The notes: generated by a model from the sequence alone, not told the origin. A stretch of 64,000 nucleotides of DNA from Octopus bimaculoides (GCF_001194135.2 NC_068983.1:85066876-85130875); one strand, 5' to 3'; counted from the first letter of the stretch, positions 13,661 to 26,573 are shown. Numbers and translations are program-made.

Positions 13661-14999
13661 GTAAGGACAATATACCAAATAATGAAATAAGCGAAAGGAC
13701 ACCAGAAAAAATAGATTTGAACGAAATAAGTAAATAAGTTTTATTTGTTTTCACCTCTTTTTATGATTCTGATGCTCTCCGGGAATTTTTGGCCTTGATA
13801 ATTTCAAGAAGCAATATCAAAATACAGACTAAGTTAAAAAAAAAAAAGAAAAAATACTAAAAAACAAAGGAAAAAAAATTATTGCTTCATATTTACAATA
13901 TTAGTTTCTTCAGCCTTTTTTCAGTTTGTCCTTTCGAGGTGGCTTTTTTTGTTTGTTTTTTTTCTTATCTTTTACTTCAATCTTAAAACTTTTGCATTTT
14001 TTTCAACATTATCTCAATTTGTTAAACTTCTTAACCCATAACAGTCCAACAGTCCTTTCCAAATTCCTCTAACTAGGTTTACTAAAAAGGAATCCTTCTC
14101 GCGTCGTAACTTCATTCAAATTTCATCCTACGATTTTTGTGGGAAAAAAAATGCAAGGACCTTTTCGATTGTGTTGTCCAAGACATACCATACCTAAAAA
14201 CACTAAAAATTGGCTGGTCATAATAGAATGCTTTTGATAAGGTCTATCGGGGACTAAATAATGATAGCAACCTGTCTTTGTTTGCAAAGGTGAGATAGAA
14301 GACTATACGAAACGGCAACTCGTTTGCTCGCATGATTAAGATCGGATCTTTTTGTAAACTTTCGTGCCTTTACCGTTCATTTCTAAAGGCACACTGTGTA
14401 CGCGCGCGTGTGTGCTAAGATATTGCCTCAGACTGGTTTCTACCATTTTATTCAAAATTTCAATTGCTTGGGTTTTCTATATAATTCTCCAGTTAATATC
14501 GAACAGTTTTCCTGTAGAAAATTAAACTTGTATAACGAGCTGAAATTTGGTCAACGAACAACGAGCAGATTGTGCACTCGTATAAATTAGCGGGGATTCA
14601 TTTTCTTAGCGAGTTCAATTTGAACAACAAACCACGAGCAGACGACGCACGCGTAAAAGTTACTGGCAGGCTGTTCGCTTAGCGAGCTGAAATTCGAAAA
14701 ACAAGCCACGAGTGGACACTGCATGCGTGTAAATGCTGGAGGAGCATATACGAACGATACGCTATTTCTTCTGAAGAAAATTTAGTCAGCCAATGAACTG
14801 AAATTTGAACAACAAGCCACAAGCAGATCGTGTACAAACGGTTTGTTAACGCGCCTGAACGTATTTCATGTAGCAGGCAATTTTCCATATTTTAAATAGA
14901 AAATAATCTCTGATAATCGTTTATTTATTTTTTTTCTGCAAAAATTACGACCATAGATTTACAGAAGCAAAACAAAGGGAAAACCGTACGCGCGCGCGA

Positions 15000-15030
<31 letters not shown>

Positions 15031-15074
15031 ACTATTATCTGTCACTATATTTTTCTTTTCTTTTTTATTTCATT

Positions 15075-15262
15075 TGTTTCACTCATTTGACTGCGGCCAT
15101 GCTGGAGCACCGCCTGTAGTCGAACAAATCGACCCCAGGACTTACTCTTTGTAAGCCTAGTACTTATTCTATCGGTGTCTTTTGCTGAACCGGTAGGTTA
15201 CGGGGACGTAAACATACTAACATCGGTTGTCAAGTGATGGTGGGGGGACAAACACAGATACT
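15075..15262 (-). mobile_element. SINE 3' module (gtttgtcccccaccacc...gctccagcatggccgcagtcaaatga)
   Basis: Same module on the plus strand at ~35525-35700 and ~58030-58210. Confidence 0.8.
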
Positions 15263-15302
<40 letters not shown>

Positions 15303-15850
15303 NNNNNNNNNNNNNNNNNNNNNNNNNNNNNNNNNNNNNNNNNNNNNNNNNNNNNNNNNNNNNNNNNNNNNNNNNNNNNNNNNNNNNNNNNNNNNNNNNN
15401 NNNNNNNNNNNNNNNNNNNNNNNNNNNNNNNNNNNNNNNNNNNNNNNNNNNNNNNNNNNNNNNNNNNNNNNNNNNNNNNNNNNNNNNNNNNNNNNNNNNN
15501 NNNNNNNNNNNNNNNNNNNNNNNNNNNNNNNNNNNNNNNNNNNNNNNNNNNNNNNNNNNNNNNNNNNNNNNNNNNNNNNNNNNNNNNNNNNNNNNNNNNN
15601 NNNNNNNNNNNNNNNNNNNNNNNNNNNNNNNNNNNNNNNNNNNNNNNNNNNNNNNNNNNNNNNNNNNNNNNNNNNNNATTATCGAAATAACACAATTTTT
15701 TACATGAAATAAATTCGAATACAAAAATATTTTTCTGTTCTATAACACAAAATAGATAAGTATACGAAGTTTGAAAGTCTTTCGGTACCAAAAACACTAC
15801 GTAAAACATTAATGAAAAATGTGGCCCCCGTTTTAAAAAAGATCCCGAGC

Positions 15851-15992
15851 TTTTTTCAGTTTCCGTCTACCAAATCTATTCACAAGGCTTTGGTCAGCCC
15901 GAGGCTATAATAGAAGACATTTTCCCAAGGTGCCACGCAGTGGGACTGAACTCAGAACCATGTGGTTGGTAAGCAAGCTACTTACCACAGAC
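15851..15992 (-). mobile_element. tRNA-derived SINE family B (CORE-like ggcaccttgggcaagtg)
   Basis: Reverse of gtggtaag...ggttctgagttcagtcccactgcgtggcaccttggg...; family recurs at ~32790, 34760, 43360, 48400, 52495, 60145, 61590. Confidence 0.8.
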
Positions 15993-16442
15993 CCAACACA
16001 CATACGCACATTAAGTATATACACATACACACATATCCATACATATAAACGTGTGTGTGTGTGCGCGCGCGCACGTTTCTATGCGTGTGCGTGTGTGGCT
16101 CGCATACGCTGGTTTTCTAGCTGACTTACATGAGAGAGCAAAATCTTCGAAAGATATACGCATATTACAGATATAAGATTTTACCTTTCATTTCAGCGTG
16201 AATCTATTATATCAACTTATATTCCCGTTATTCGTTAGTCTGCACTATTTTTACGCTACCACCAAGGATTTTTTTGTTTTTGTTTTTGCCACGCCGATGA
16301 GAAACTCAGATATTGTTTTCTTCGGATTACCTTTATTCGTTTATTTTATGCCTCCAATCTATGTTTGTATGTATGTACGTACGTATGTATGTATGTATGT
16401 GTGTATGTATGTATGTATGTGTGTATATATATATATATGAAA

Positions 16443-16562
16443 TTCTTATACTAGGATGTTGTTGACAGTGACTTCGAAGTTTCAGCCAGATAAGCCATCA
16501 TCTGACGATGGCTTAGATGGTCGATACCTCGAAGGTACTGTCAACAACATTCTTGTGTAAGA
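16443..16562. repeat. ~120-bp imperfect palindrome containing hammerhead-like motifs
   Basis: atgttgttgacagt...actgtcaacaacat and taagccatc...gatggctta are exact reverse complements; partial copy of one arm at ~60385-60445. Confidence 0.85.
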
Positions 16563-16645
16563 CTATTATTCTACAAAAGTATAGAGTAACCCATCATATT
16601 AATGTAAAATTGTTTTTATTGTAACTGAACATAAGAACAAACATA

Positions 16646-17455
16646 TATTGGGTTGGCAACTAAGTTCCCGCCGTTTTTTTAAATTTTGGAATTTATTGCA
16701 TTTTAGATTTTGGAATGTAGTTTTTTCGAGAATTCTATTTTTGAATCATTTTGGAATCTATCTTGTTTTTTGTTGTTTTTTTTCTAGTTAATTTTAGTTA
16801 ATTTTTGTTTATTTTCAGATCATTAATATGGAATGTCAAGTTAAGAAATACGAGCATTTTCGACACCACCTTCTTTTTGCTTTTAATCAAGGTTCTAAGG
16901 CCGCAAAAGTTGCTCATGACATTTGTGCTGTGTATGGAGAGGGTGCCATAGTTGAAAGAACCGCTCGTGATTGGTATGTCAAGTTCAAAAATGGAAATTT
17001 TGACCTCAAAGACGCACCTCGTTCTGGCCATCCAGTTGAGTTCGATGAAGAGCGATTAAACGAACTTATGCACGAAAATTCTCGTCAAACGACAAGGGAA
17101 CTGGCACTGCTATAGAGAAGCATCTTCACTCGAAAGGAAAGGTTNNNNNNNNNNACAAAAATCAACGAGCCACAATCTCCGCTGGTTTGTTTGCTCGTCA
17201 TGCTCAACTCATGGACACAAGCAATGATTTCTTTACTGAATCGTTACTGGCGACGAAAAATGGTGCCTGTACATCAATATAAAGCAGCGTAAGGAATGGC
17301 TTAGCCCCGGTACACAAGCGACACCGCGCGTGAAACAAGATCTTCATCCGCGTAAAACGATGTTGTGCGTATGGTGGGACTGGGAAGGAATTATCCATTA
17401 CGAATTGCTTAAACGGAACCAAACGGTCAACGCGGAACTCTATGTTCTACAGATG
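16646..17455 (+). mobile_element. Mariner transposon, 3'-truncated, inactivated transposase
   Basis: TA + TIR-like ttgggttggcaactaag; HTH MECQVKKYEHFRHHLLFAFNQG...DAPRSGHP; IVTGDEKW-like region; KTMLCVWWDWEGIIHYELL. Confidence 0.92.
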
Positions 17456-18829
17456 TTCTTCATTTCTCTTCATCTTCTCACATCCTCCATGTACAGTAAT
17501 TATGTCTCATTACCATGCAGTGTCGCACTTTGTACACAAGCAACATACAAACTACTCCTCACTCCGAGAGAGAATCCCTTGTTTCTGGAAAAGATAATAT
17601 CTCGCTGAATTTTTTTCACCGTATCCTTATTCTGATAACCATGGTTTCAGAGCTTCTTTCACTGATGATTAGGTCGCCCAGGTAACAAAAGCAATCACCT
17701 ACGTCTATTGGACCCTCCAAGCATTGAAAATGAACTATTTTTGTAGTACCCTGGATGCTAACTACTCCTACTCATTTGTCACATACAAAGTCTTTACTTG
17801 CAGTAAATTGCAATATAAGTAGTGAGCTAAAATATTTGTTGTATTATAGCAGTATTTGTATACAAATTATTCTTCTGTAGCTTTAAGCTTCAAGTTTATA
17901 AAAACTTTGCTAATATGTACTTTTCAAATTCAATCTGTAAGCGGAACAGTGAAAATATACAAGATTCAATACATAACTCGAAATTTAATATGTAAATTCC
18001 AGTAATGAGATTCCTGTTCTTTTTAGAAACCAGCCTTTTCTCTACATGACAAATGCAAAGTGTTAAAAATGAAAGATAATTTACATACATTCATGCATAC
18101 ATGGTGGCTGTCGTCTCATTAGACACGTATGACCTTCGCTGACAAAGTATCTTATCCTAGATGTTAAAAGACAATGGTTGTCAGTAATGCCCATGCTTGC
18201 ACAACACCGTTAAGACTCTCGTTTTCAAAGCCAAGTAGTTCAGAAACATGCAAGAGCAAGATATTCGACTTCACAATGAGGTGAGTGTTTTTTCGGAATT
18301 TCCTTCTCCAAGACATTTGCTTCAAAAGAAGCTTGGATATAACACTCCTACTGGCTCATCGCGCGCCGGGGCGTTACATCCGGTTTTTCTATGTCCTCGC
18401 GCATACATACATGCATGCATACATACATATGCAGCCGAATCATATGGAAACTCTAAGCGTCGTGTTATATGCGTAGGTAGTCACATTGTCACTTCATTGC
18501 AGACTTGAAGCAACATAAGTGGGTTCAGACAAGCATCTTGAGCCATGATAGGCTTGTAAATTGAAATACAAAATATTTCTACAAAAACACCTTCATGGAT
18601 TCTTGTATGTTTGATGTTTAACGCAACTAACACATCACAAAACACCAGAAAAGAATAAAAGAAAAATATTTTAATTAAAAAAAATACTTTGGAGAAACAG
18701 AATTTGAAACTTTAAATTATAAACAAAATCAGATAAAATAAAATTTACAACCACAGCTGAAATGTTAAAACGTAATTCAACATATTATGAAGGCAACATG
18801 TCGAACAGAATTGGCGGAACACTCTAAAC

Positions 18830-19235
18830 CAGGCACGTGCCGTCAGTAATTATTCAGGGTAGGCAGTTGGTGACCTTTATATAGCAAAACACAGACAAAA
18901 AAAAAAATAAGCGAAACACAAGCGCGCGACTGAGTTGAGGGTAGATTTACTTCTGCCTTTATAGCACGTAAAGAAAACAGTGTTGCGTCACGTGTACTAC
19001 AACAGTTCTAAGAAAAGCTTAAATACTGAGATTGAAAGGCAGGGGCGAATTATGCCTACCTAATCTACAAAAAAAAAATCAAAACATTTTGCATTTTATG
19101 CATAGTAATCAGATTAACCTTCATAATTTTATTGAATTAGGTGCATATTTTGCCATGAAAGAAAAATGTTGCAATCGATCAATTCTATTCAAGGTAGGCA
19201 CTGCCTACCTTGCCTACCTAGGCGGCACATCACTG
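18830..19235. mobile_element. hAT-type MITE
   Basis: Imperfect TIRs caggcacgtgccgtc / ggcggcacatcactg with subterminal ggtaggca motifs; 8-bp flanks ctctaaac / ctgtaaac (7/8 TSD). Confidence 0.75.
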
Positions 19236-19779
19236 CTGTAAACCATAAAAATTACTGTAAATTTTTACCATCATATGAACCATTTGAAAGTTGCTGTGAA
19301 GTTTACTGAGAAAAAAATTACAAGTTTAACAAGCAAGCCGAATGGATGTATGAACAACAGCAGAGATATGCAAACATTTTGAACAACGGTAATATCTAAT
19401 AAATGAGGCTGTACTGCAAAAAAAAAAACTACTAAACAGAAAATCCCTAAGCTCACATATTATTAGTGTAGACATTTTATCGAAGGAATCTGATCATAGT
19501 CTAATGTCAAGCGTACAGAGCGTATATTAGATCCACCCAAATGACTATCAAATTAACACTTTTCTCATTCCAAACATAGCCATACTGTTTGCTCAGGCCA
19601 AACTTCATCAACCAATGGCCTGTAAAGGAAATCACGTATATGTTATACACCAAGTGCATCAATCTGTTCGTATAGATATATTTTGCTACCAATAATATTA
19701 TAACTTAGGGCGGCAAGCTAGCAGAATCGTCAGTAGGCCAGGTGCAATGCTTAGCGGTATCTCATCAAATAGTTTCGTC

Positions 19780-22700
19780 TGGAGAGAAGAGTTATAACCA
19801 TGGATTTTGCAGGCGTTCCGAAACCAGTGAGACGGATGCAGTTGATGTTCCTCTCAAACAGTAGCAAATTAACGGCTGCAGGGAGGGATTCCATGTCGTT
19901 CTGAGAAGGAATGACTGTGCGAAATAGAATAAACGTGGGAAGCGAGACTTGTTGTAATGGCCAGTTGAGTTCGATGAAGAGCGATTAAACGAACTTTTGC
20001 ACGAAAATTCTCGTCAAACGACAAGGGAACTGGCACTGCTATAGAGAAGCATCTTCACTCGAAAGGAAAGGTTCAGTAGTATGGAGCATGGGTTCCGCAT
20101 GCTTCAAGTGACAACAACAAAAATCAACGAGCCACAATCTCCGCTGGTTTGCTTGCTTGTCATGCTCAACTCATGGACACAAACAATGATTTCTTTACTG
20201 AATCGTTACTGGCGACGAAAAATGGTGATATGGTTGACGAAAGAAAGGAGGAGAGATGTGTAAGTCAGAAAGACTTGAGTAGAAATGGTACGAGACCAAC
20301 TACTTCCTGCACTATCGAGGAGGGGAGAATGAGGAGTTGTTGGTGAGTGACTTTATGCCTAACAGTCGGGTATCCTACTTTTGGATACGGTTTTGGATAG
20401 CTATACGTGTAGCAGCATTATTGTCAAAATGTTGGAGCAATATTCCATTGTATGCCTCACTTGAATTTTCTTTAAGGTTAATAATTTTTTAGAGTTGAAG
20501 TGTTTTCTAACACCGAAGAATATCATGCTTCATGATGCAGCTTTTGCTATGATGATGATTGTGAGTTCACCAGAAGAAAACTTCAGTAATCTTGACGTTT
20601 ATCATTTGCAGTGACTTTAAAAATTCTAGTTGGCTGTTGCTCATGCTTAAAGGTGGGATATAGTATTTTATTGATATGCACAGACATTGTCTTTCTGCTG
20701 TTGAAAGAGACAAGATTAACATGATCCGCTGGGGTGTTTTGAGGTCTCTGTTCATAGAGATCTCAAAACATAGCGCGTTTGAGTTCAGAAGATTAAGGGG
20801 GATGTGATGTCATAAAAGTGGACGACGTTGGAGGTGATAGCAAGGTGATCATTGATGCATAGGAAGGAAAATGTGGAAGAACAAAACCAACAAAACCGAC
20901 AAAACTGAACAATGGGGTACACCAGATAAAACATAGATCAGAGAGTGATCCTTGGTATAGCCACAATATCGCTAACATAAAATCCTCCGATTCAGGAGAC
21001 AGGAAGAAAATGGATCTCATACGAAAGAGATCTCGTGAGTTTAGCTAGATAGATTGGGTCGAATTGTAACAAAATTGTTTACACCAGATTTTTTAAGGAC
21101 AAGAGATTACTGCTAAATGTCATTGGAGGACGTAACTCCAGTATATCTTGCTTGACAGAAGACGTACTAACGGTCATTAAGGAAGATAGTTCCAAGTACC
21201 TAGAGAAGGTGATTGTAAATGACTGTCTCAATCATCTTTCAGACATTGAAAGTGAGAGTGAGAAGTCAATAACTTGCGTGTTTGGAAGGGCTGTTCTTCT
21301 TGAAGATAGGATACACTGTAGCATGCTTCCGAAGATCAGGATAAGTCAAGTATATAGAAAGAGGAGTGGAAACAGTTAGCGAGGGTAGAGGCTAGCTTTG
21401 AGACGTGTTGTTTGGGCGTTATAGAAAGGATACTTGTTAGGGTCAGCAGCCTTTTTGGCTTGATGTTGACTGCGGATGCTTTCATATTTTTATATTTGTA
21501 AACGTTGTGGTAAGCCTGCTGGAGTGATGAAAGATAATTTTAGAGACGATTTACCTAATATGTGCAATGTAGAGTTGGATGCAAAGCGAGCAGAAAATGT
21601 TGATGCCTTCTCCATTGGAGTATTGCTAACAGAGCCATCATAGAGGTAGGGATGTTGACACAAAGTTGGTGGAGATACTTTTTGCTAGCAATAGACTTAA
21701 AGACTCGGCAACAATTTGGGAAAAGAAGAAGTTGGTGAGCTGTGCGAGGCAAGGAAGCATCCTTTACGATTCCAGTGAGATGTTGTAGGTGTTGCGACAG
21801 TGAATAGAAATAGTTCAGTTTGAAAGGCAAGAGGCGATTTTTTTCCGGACGTCGTAAAATATTTTCTTTTCCTGAAAAGTGCAGCTACGAATGGGCCACT
21901 TAGGAGATTTGGACTTAAAGATTTAGTTGTGTGGGTGATGTTTCAGGCACACGTCTACTTTGTTGTCACTGAAGGTAAGGGTATCTATCTACAGTCCGCA
22001 GACTATTACTAGGCTATAGATAATTTGGTACTGGGTTACACAGAATTAAAATAGAAATAATACTTTTTTTTGTTTTATTGACTATCCAGTCTGCAGGTTG
22101 TTTTTTTCATTTCATATGTATTATATAAGTAATGATTAAATTATATATTATGCATTTCCTTATGTAGTCTTATGCGCCTGATCCTCCAATCCATGGGAAC
22201 CGGCCCGTGCTAAAAATGTTGGAGACCGCTGAGTTAAGGTTACAGTATATGCGTTGCTATGTATGGCATGAATTTGCACAGATTCGACCAGTAGCTAACT
22301 TGAAGTGTCATATAGTCAAGAAGGTGAAGAGAGTTGCGTAGGGCGTGGATGTGTGGCAAGTAATCCTGATCGAGTCGTGGTCGAACGACCCGATAGGTTC
22401 GGAGATGGTAATGGTTTTGTACAGGGTTGGTTTTGAGGTGAGGAAGAGAACGAAATTGTTTGGAGTATGTGTGCGTGGATCATGAACTTGTAGAGGAGAT
22501 GAGACTAATTGTTGCAAGGAGGTGAGGATTGCAACACATTTGGTTGCTGAATCGGCAGCATCAGTGTGGAATGAATGCGAGAACCATTAAAAACTGTGAA
22601 CATTAAAGTCTCCGAAGGTGATGACTTCAGAAAGGAATGAATTGAGATATATGTCTTGGTGCAGGAAGAGTTGGTGGTGGCTGGAGAAATTCAGAGAGCT

Positions 22701-22850
22701 GTAGACTGTGTAAATGTATTGAATAGATTAAGAATGAGAAACTTTAAATCAGATTAACTGGAAGACCTTGTTGATTCAGAGGAGAAATGTATATGGCGAT
22801 GAGTGTGAAGTATAATAAATATGTAGCGATATTGTCTTTTAGTGTCCCTG
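19780..22850 (-). mobile_element. Degenerate CR1/L2-group LINE (APE + RT remnants)
   Basis: Minus-strand ITFGDFNVH; VHDPRTHTPNNFVLFLT...PIGSFDHDSI (APE); TWN.LP-like 3' remnant near 19880. Heavily decayed, limits approximate. Confidence 0.7.
19961..20227 (+). mobile_element. Internal mariner fragment without TIRs, near-identical to 17032-17265
   Basis: About 4 mismatches seen by eye over the alignable part; includes the GAWVPH motif. Confidence 0.9.
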
Positions 22851-22852
22851 CA

Positions 22853-23721
22853 TACGAGGTCTGATCAATAAGTATCCGTACTGTTGCCATAGTAATGAAG
22901 CTAAAGTACGCAGATTGACCTTGAACTCTGCTGTGCATGTGCACTAAGTTTTAATGTTCTAGCTCCCTTCCGCTGTTTACAGCAGTGCTTGGAAAGAAGG
23001 TGTGTAGCGTGTGATCGTCACATTGACTATGTCAGAGAAAGTTGTCATGGCGATGACTGCTCAGAGGCCTGCGCAAAGTTGCAGATGTGTATGGAGAGGA
23101 GTGAATGAGTCGCACACAAGTGTACGAGTGGTTCAGAGGTTTCCAAGGTGGCCGAAAAAATGTCGATATTGACGAACGTTCTGGGAGACCTGCAACCAGC
23201 AGAACCAAGAAAATGTGCCTGAAGATGTAAGAGGAAATCGTCGAATCCCTATCTGTGAGTTATCAGAGGTGGTGCAAATTAGTCACGGTTCAGTTCAGTC
23301 CATTACCACTGAAGATTTGGGTATGAGACGCGTGTCTGTCAAGTTTGTGCCAAAACTGCTTTCAGCTGACCCAAATTATACTCGGGTTTCAGTTGTACAA
23401 GATCTCCTTGATTGTGTCGAAAACGACGAATACTTTTTGAAAACTTTGCGTAGGTCTCTGAGCAGGTATTTCCAAGCTTTTGGTAAAATCTGATGCAGAT
23501 TTTCTGCTCATCTTTCTCTGTCATGGTCAATGCGACAATCATGCGCTACACACCTCCCTTCCAAGCACTGCTATAAACAGCGAAAGTGAGCTAGAACGTT
23601 AAAGCTTAGTTCGCATGCACAGCAGAATTCAATATTAATCTGTACAAACTTGACTTCACTCTGGGTGCTTTAGCTTCGTTACTATGGCAACAGTCTGGAT
23701 ACTTATTGATCATATCACGTA
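22853..23721 (+). mobile_element. Non-autonomous fold-back mariner with long (~240-280 bp) inverted arms
   Basis: TA-cgaggtctgatcaataagtatcc ... ggatacttattgatcatatcacg-TA; internal HTH remnant (VYEWF, DERSGRP, LGMRRVSVKFVPKLLS). Confidence 0.88.
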
Positions 23722-24299
23722 TTTATACATACTGTATGTATTTACATACACAGTACATATTAACATATACTGAAGAGAGCATACTCTTTATTCTGAAACT
23801 TCAAGGTACAGAGTAGTGTAGGCAGCTGTGATGAACCATAAATAAGGAGTAAGATATTTGTTTCATAGAGAGGAACATTGTCCCTCTACTGTTCTTTGTT
23901 CTCACATTAAGCCCATTATCATACACGTTCACAAAACATTATTTTTGTGAAAATGAAACCGCAAATATTATATATTATATATATTACATCTGCATACATG
24001 AAATCATTCATCCGTAATACAATGTTTCTGTCTATGATTTTTTTTTTTTTTGTTGAAGTATAAAACTAAACTATTTTACGAATTAAACCAGGGAACAAAT
24101 GGTCTTATGATGAGTCCTAAATTATCGGACAAGAAAGAGCCTAAGAAGTTACCAATGTAATAAAGAAATTTGACAGAAATAGCTGTCTCTTTCCAGATCG
24201 ACCTTCGTTTTTTTTGTTTTTGAGTTTTTTTTAGTTTTTTTTTTTTTAGTTCCATATATTCATATATAGCACGAATCGCTTAATGGATGTCTTTAATGT

Positions 24300-26400
24300 C
24301 TTTTATCACCCTAACTCTTTGCTGAAACCACTCATTTTCAATAGAACGGGTTTTTTCTGTAGTACATGACAACAGCTCATATATCCTGATTCATTTCCTT
24401 GTGTACTGTTTACAAGGAATTATTGGTGTAGTTGATTCTTCTTTTTAATAGTTCTGCTGTTTTGTCATCATTCTCATCAAATGAGTTTTGGTGCTTACGC
24501 TCTATTTTCACTAAAACTTCAAGTGAGGATGCATAGACAATGTCGCAGAATTTCATCCATTTGTTCTCGATTGAAAGATCTGAGTCGTCCATTGTCTCTA
24601 ATGAGCAGGTTAGTCTGCTTATCTTTATATCTGAATTTGTTGAGGTTCAGAGAAGATTTCGTTGCTTTTTTCTGAGGTCTTCTGTTCTTCATTATTTCGT
24701 GTTTGTACTTGGCTATCAATAGGTGGTGGTTGGTCCAGCAGTCAACACCAAATATAGACTTAACTACACATAAGTCACAACGATCTTTCTGATGATAAGT
24801 GGTGTAGTCAATCAAGTGCCAGTGTGCAGAACGGGGGTAGATTTAAGGGATGCGGTTCCAAAAAGGAAGTTTAAAGGTGATGTTTGTCAGGAGTAACTGA
24901 ATCACAGTGCAGAACTGGAGCAGAAGTTCACCGTTGGAATTTCATTTGCCGGCTCCGTTGGTTCTTAATACATCCCACTATGTCCAGTGGTCAATTTCAA
25001 CCCTGATATTGAAGTAGCCCATCAATATGAGTTTTTCTTTTCGAGGGATGGTGGAAATTAGGGATGTCAAATCTTCGTAGAACTTCTCTTTGGATGCTTA
25101 GTCATTCATTATTGCGAGGTCATACAGACGTTTACAAGGTTGAAAAAATTGTTTCCTTTCGTTAGTAGTCTTATAATCGTAAGCTGATCATTTATAGTTT
25201 TGGAAGATTGGTAAGAATTTTTTCCTAGGTTTGTCGTCATCCTTATCCTGCCCTGGTCTGTAGAATGAGTAGTCTACCCCATATTTCTTGAGGTGCCCAG
25301 TTTCTGGTAGTCTTCTTTCGCTGAGAACAGCTGTGTCAATGTTGTACCTTGATAATTCTCAACAACAACTGATCTCTTTGCAGGCCTATCTGCATTGATG
25401 TTATCAAGCGAAGTGCGTAGACTCCATGCCCCTAGCTTCAGTGACATTCGTTATACCCTAATATTTCGACTGCCATTTTGGGATCACATCAACTGTGGTC
25501 TGCTAAACTGGAAGGAATGAAGTAGTAATTTTCAGAGTCACTTATTTTGGCCCTTTCATCGGTCTAGCGAGATGAGCAGTGTATCCAAGAATAGGGCCAC
25601 TCAAACACTCAGGGGTCCACCAGAGCTCAGCACTGCTTCCTTTGTCAATGACCATTTACTTTAAGCTATCTAGTGCATGAGTTTGTGGCTGACAGCTTTC
25701 CGCTATCCAGGCCTGCTGTCGTTGTCACAGGACTTCCAGATGTATAAAACCACACTGCTTTCCGCGAGATTTTGAAGGTAAAGTAAAACTGCACAGATAC
25801 TATCTCCACCCTTCTCTCTTACTATTCTGTTATCCAATAGCAAGACAAAATTAACACACCAAAGAGGACACATACACAAGAGCTACCAGAATGAGATATA
25901 ACCATCCTGCCACCAGTAGGGATTCAACTAATGATTTTCTTTTTGGATTGACTCCTTTAACCTATGCTTAAATAAGCATAATGTACTAGGCAGCAGATGG
26001 ATTTGCTTGTCTCTGAAGCTTTTTAAAATTAGGAAGCCCATTGCACAGGGCCAACCCCATTCTTTAGACAACATATGCATTTGCTTATTAAGTAGAACTG
26101 GTCTACATCATTGACTGAAAACCATGTTGCAAGTGTTACATCAGAGTTTTCCTTCTCCTAGAGAGATATCTGAACAAAAGCTAGGAGTCTCTTACTCTCA
26201 GATGTCAGATGGCCGCTGACTCAACAGAGTTCATCCACCTTTGACAGGTTCTGTTTTTCGTCCTGCAGCGTGTCCAACGGAAGAAGTCCTTATCAAGCAG
26301 GCTTGGGAAAGTTACCGGCTCAGTCGCCGACGGCCCGACCATGCGACAGGTTGTACGGGGTTGCCTGTTACCTGTAGCACTAGATATTACATCCAGGATG
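24300..26400 (-). mobile_element. RTE-clade LINE 5' part (5' UTR + AP endonuclease), degenerate
   Basis: Minus-strand remnants resembling W..RT..D...RP...S...LSRYNIDTAVLSE; VFGVDCWTNHHLLIAK; RTE-like 5' UTR motif tctaggagaaggaaaactctg at ~26140. Confidence 0.72.
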
Positions 26401-26570
26401 AGGTGTCATTGTTTCTTTCTTTCATACTTTTGAGGCCCACGACAGAATAATGTATTGCGCGCACTTGCACGAAATATATCTCAAGAGAATAAGTAAAAAT
26501 GGCAAAGCTCCATCCTCGTAGTACTTATTTGTATATACGTTATTGATTAACCCACCCATAATCAAAAGTG

Positions 26571-26573
<3 letters not shown>

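Noticed and set aside
14535-14840. Repeat-spacer array as CRISPR
   Set aside because: Eukaryotic context, divergent repeats, irregular spacers, no cas genes.
26230-26410. GC-rich segment as an exon or HDV-like ribozyme
   Set aside because: Fits an RTE 5' UTR on the minus strand; I could not build a valid HDV pseudoknot or a recognisable protein.
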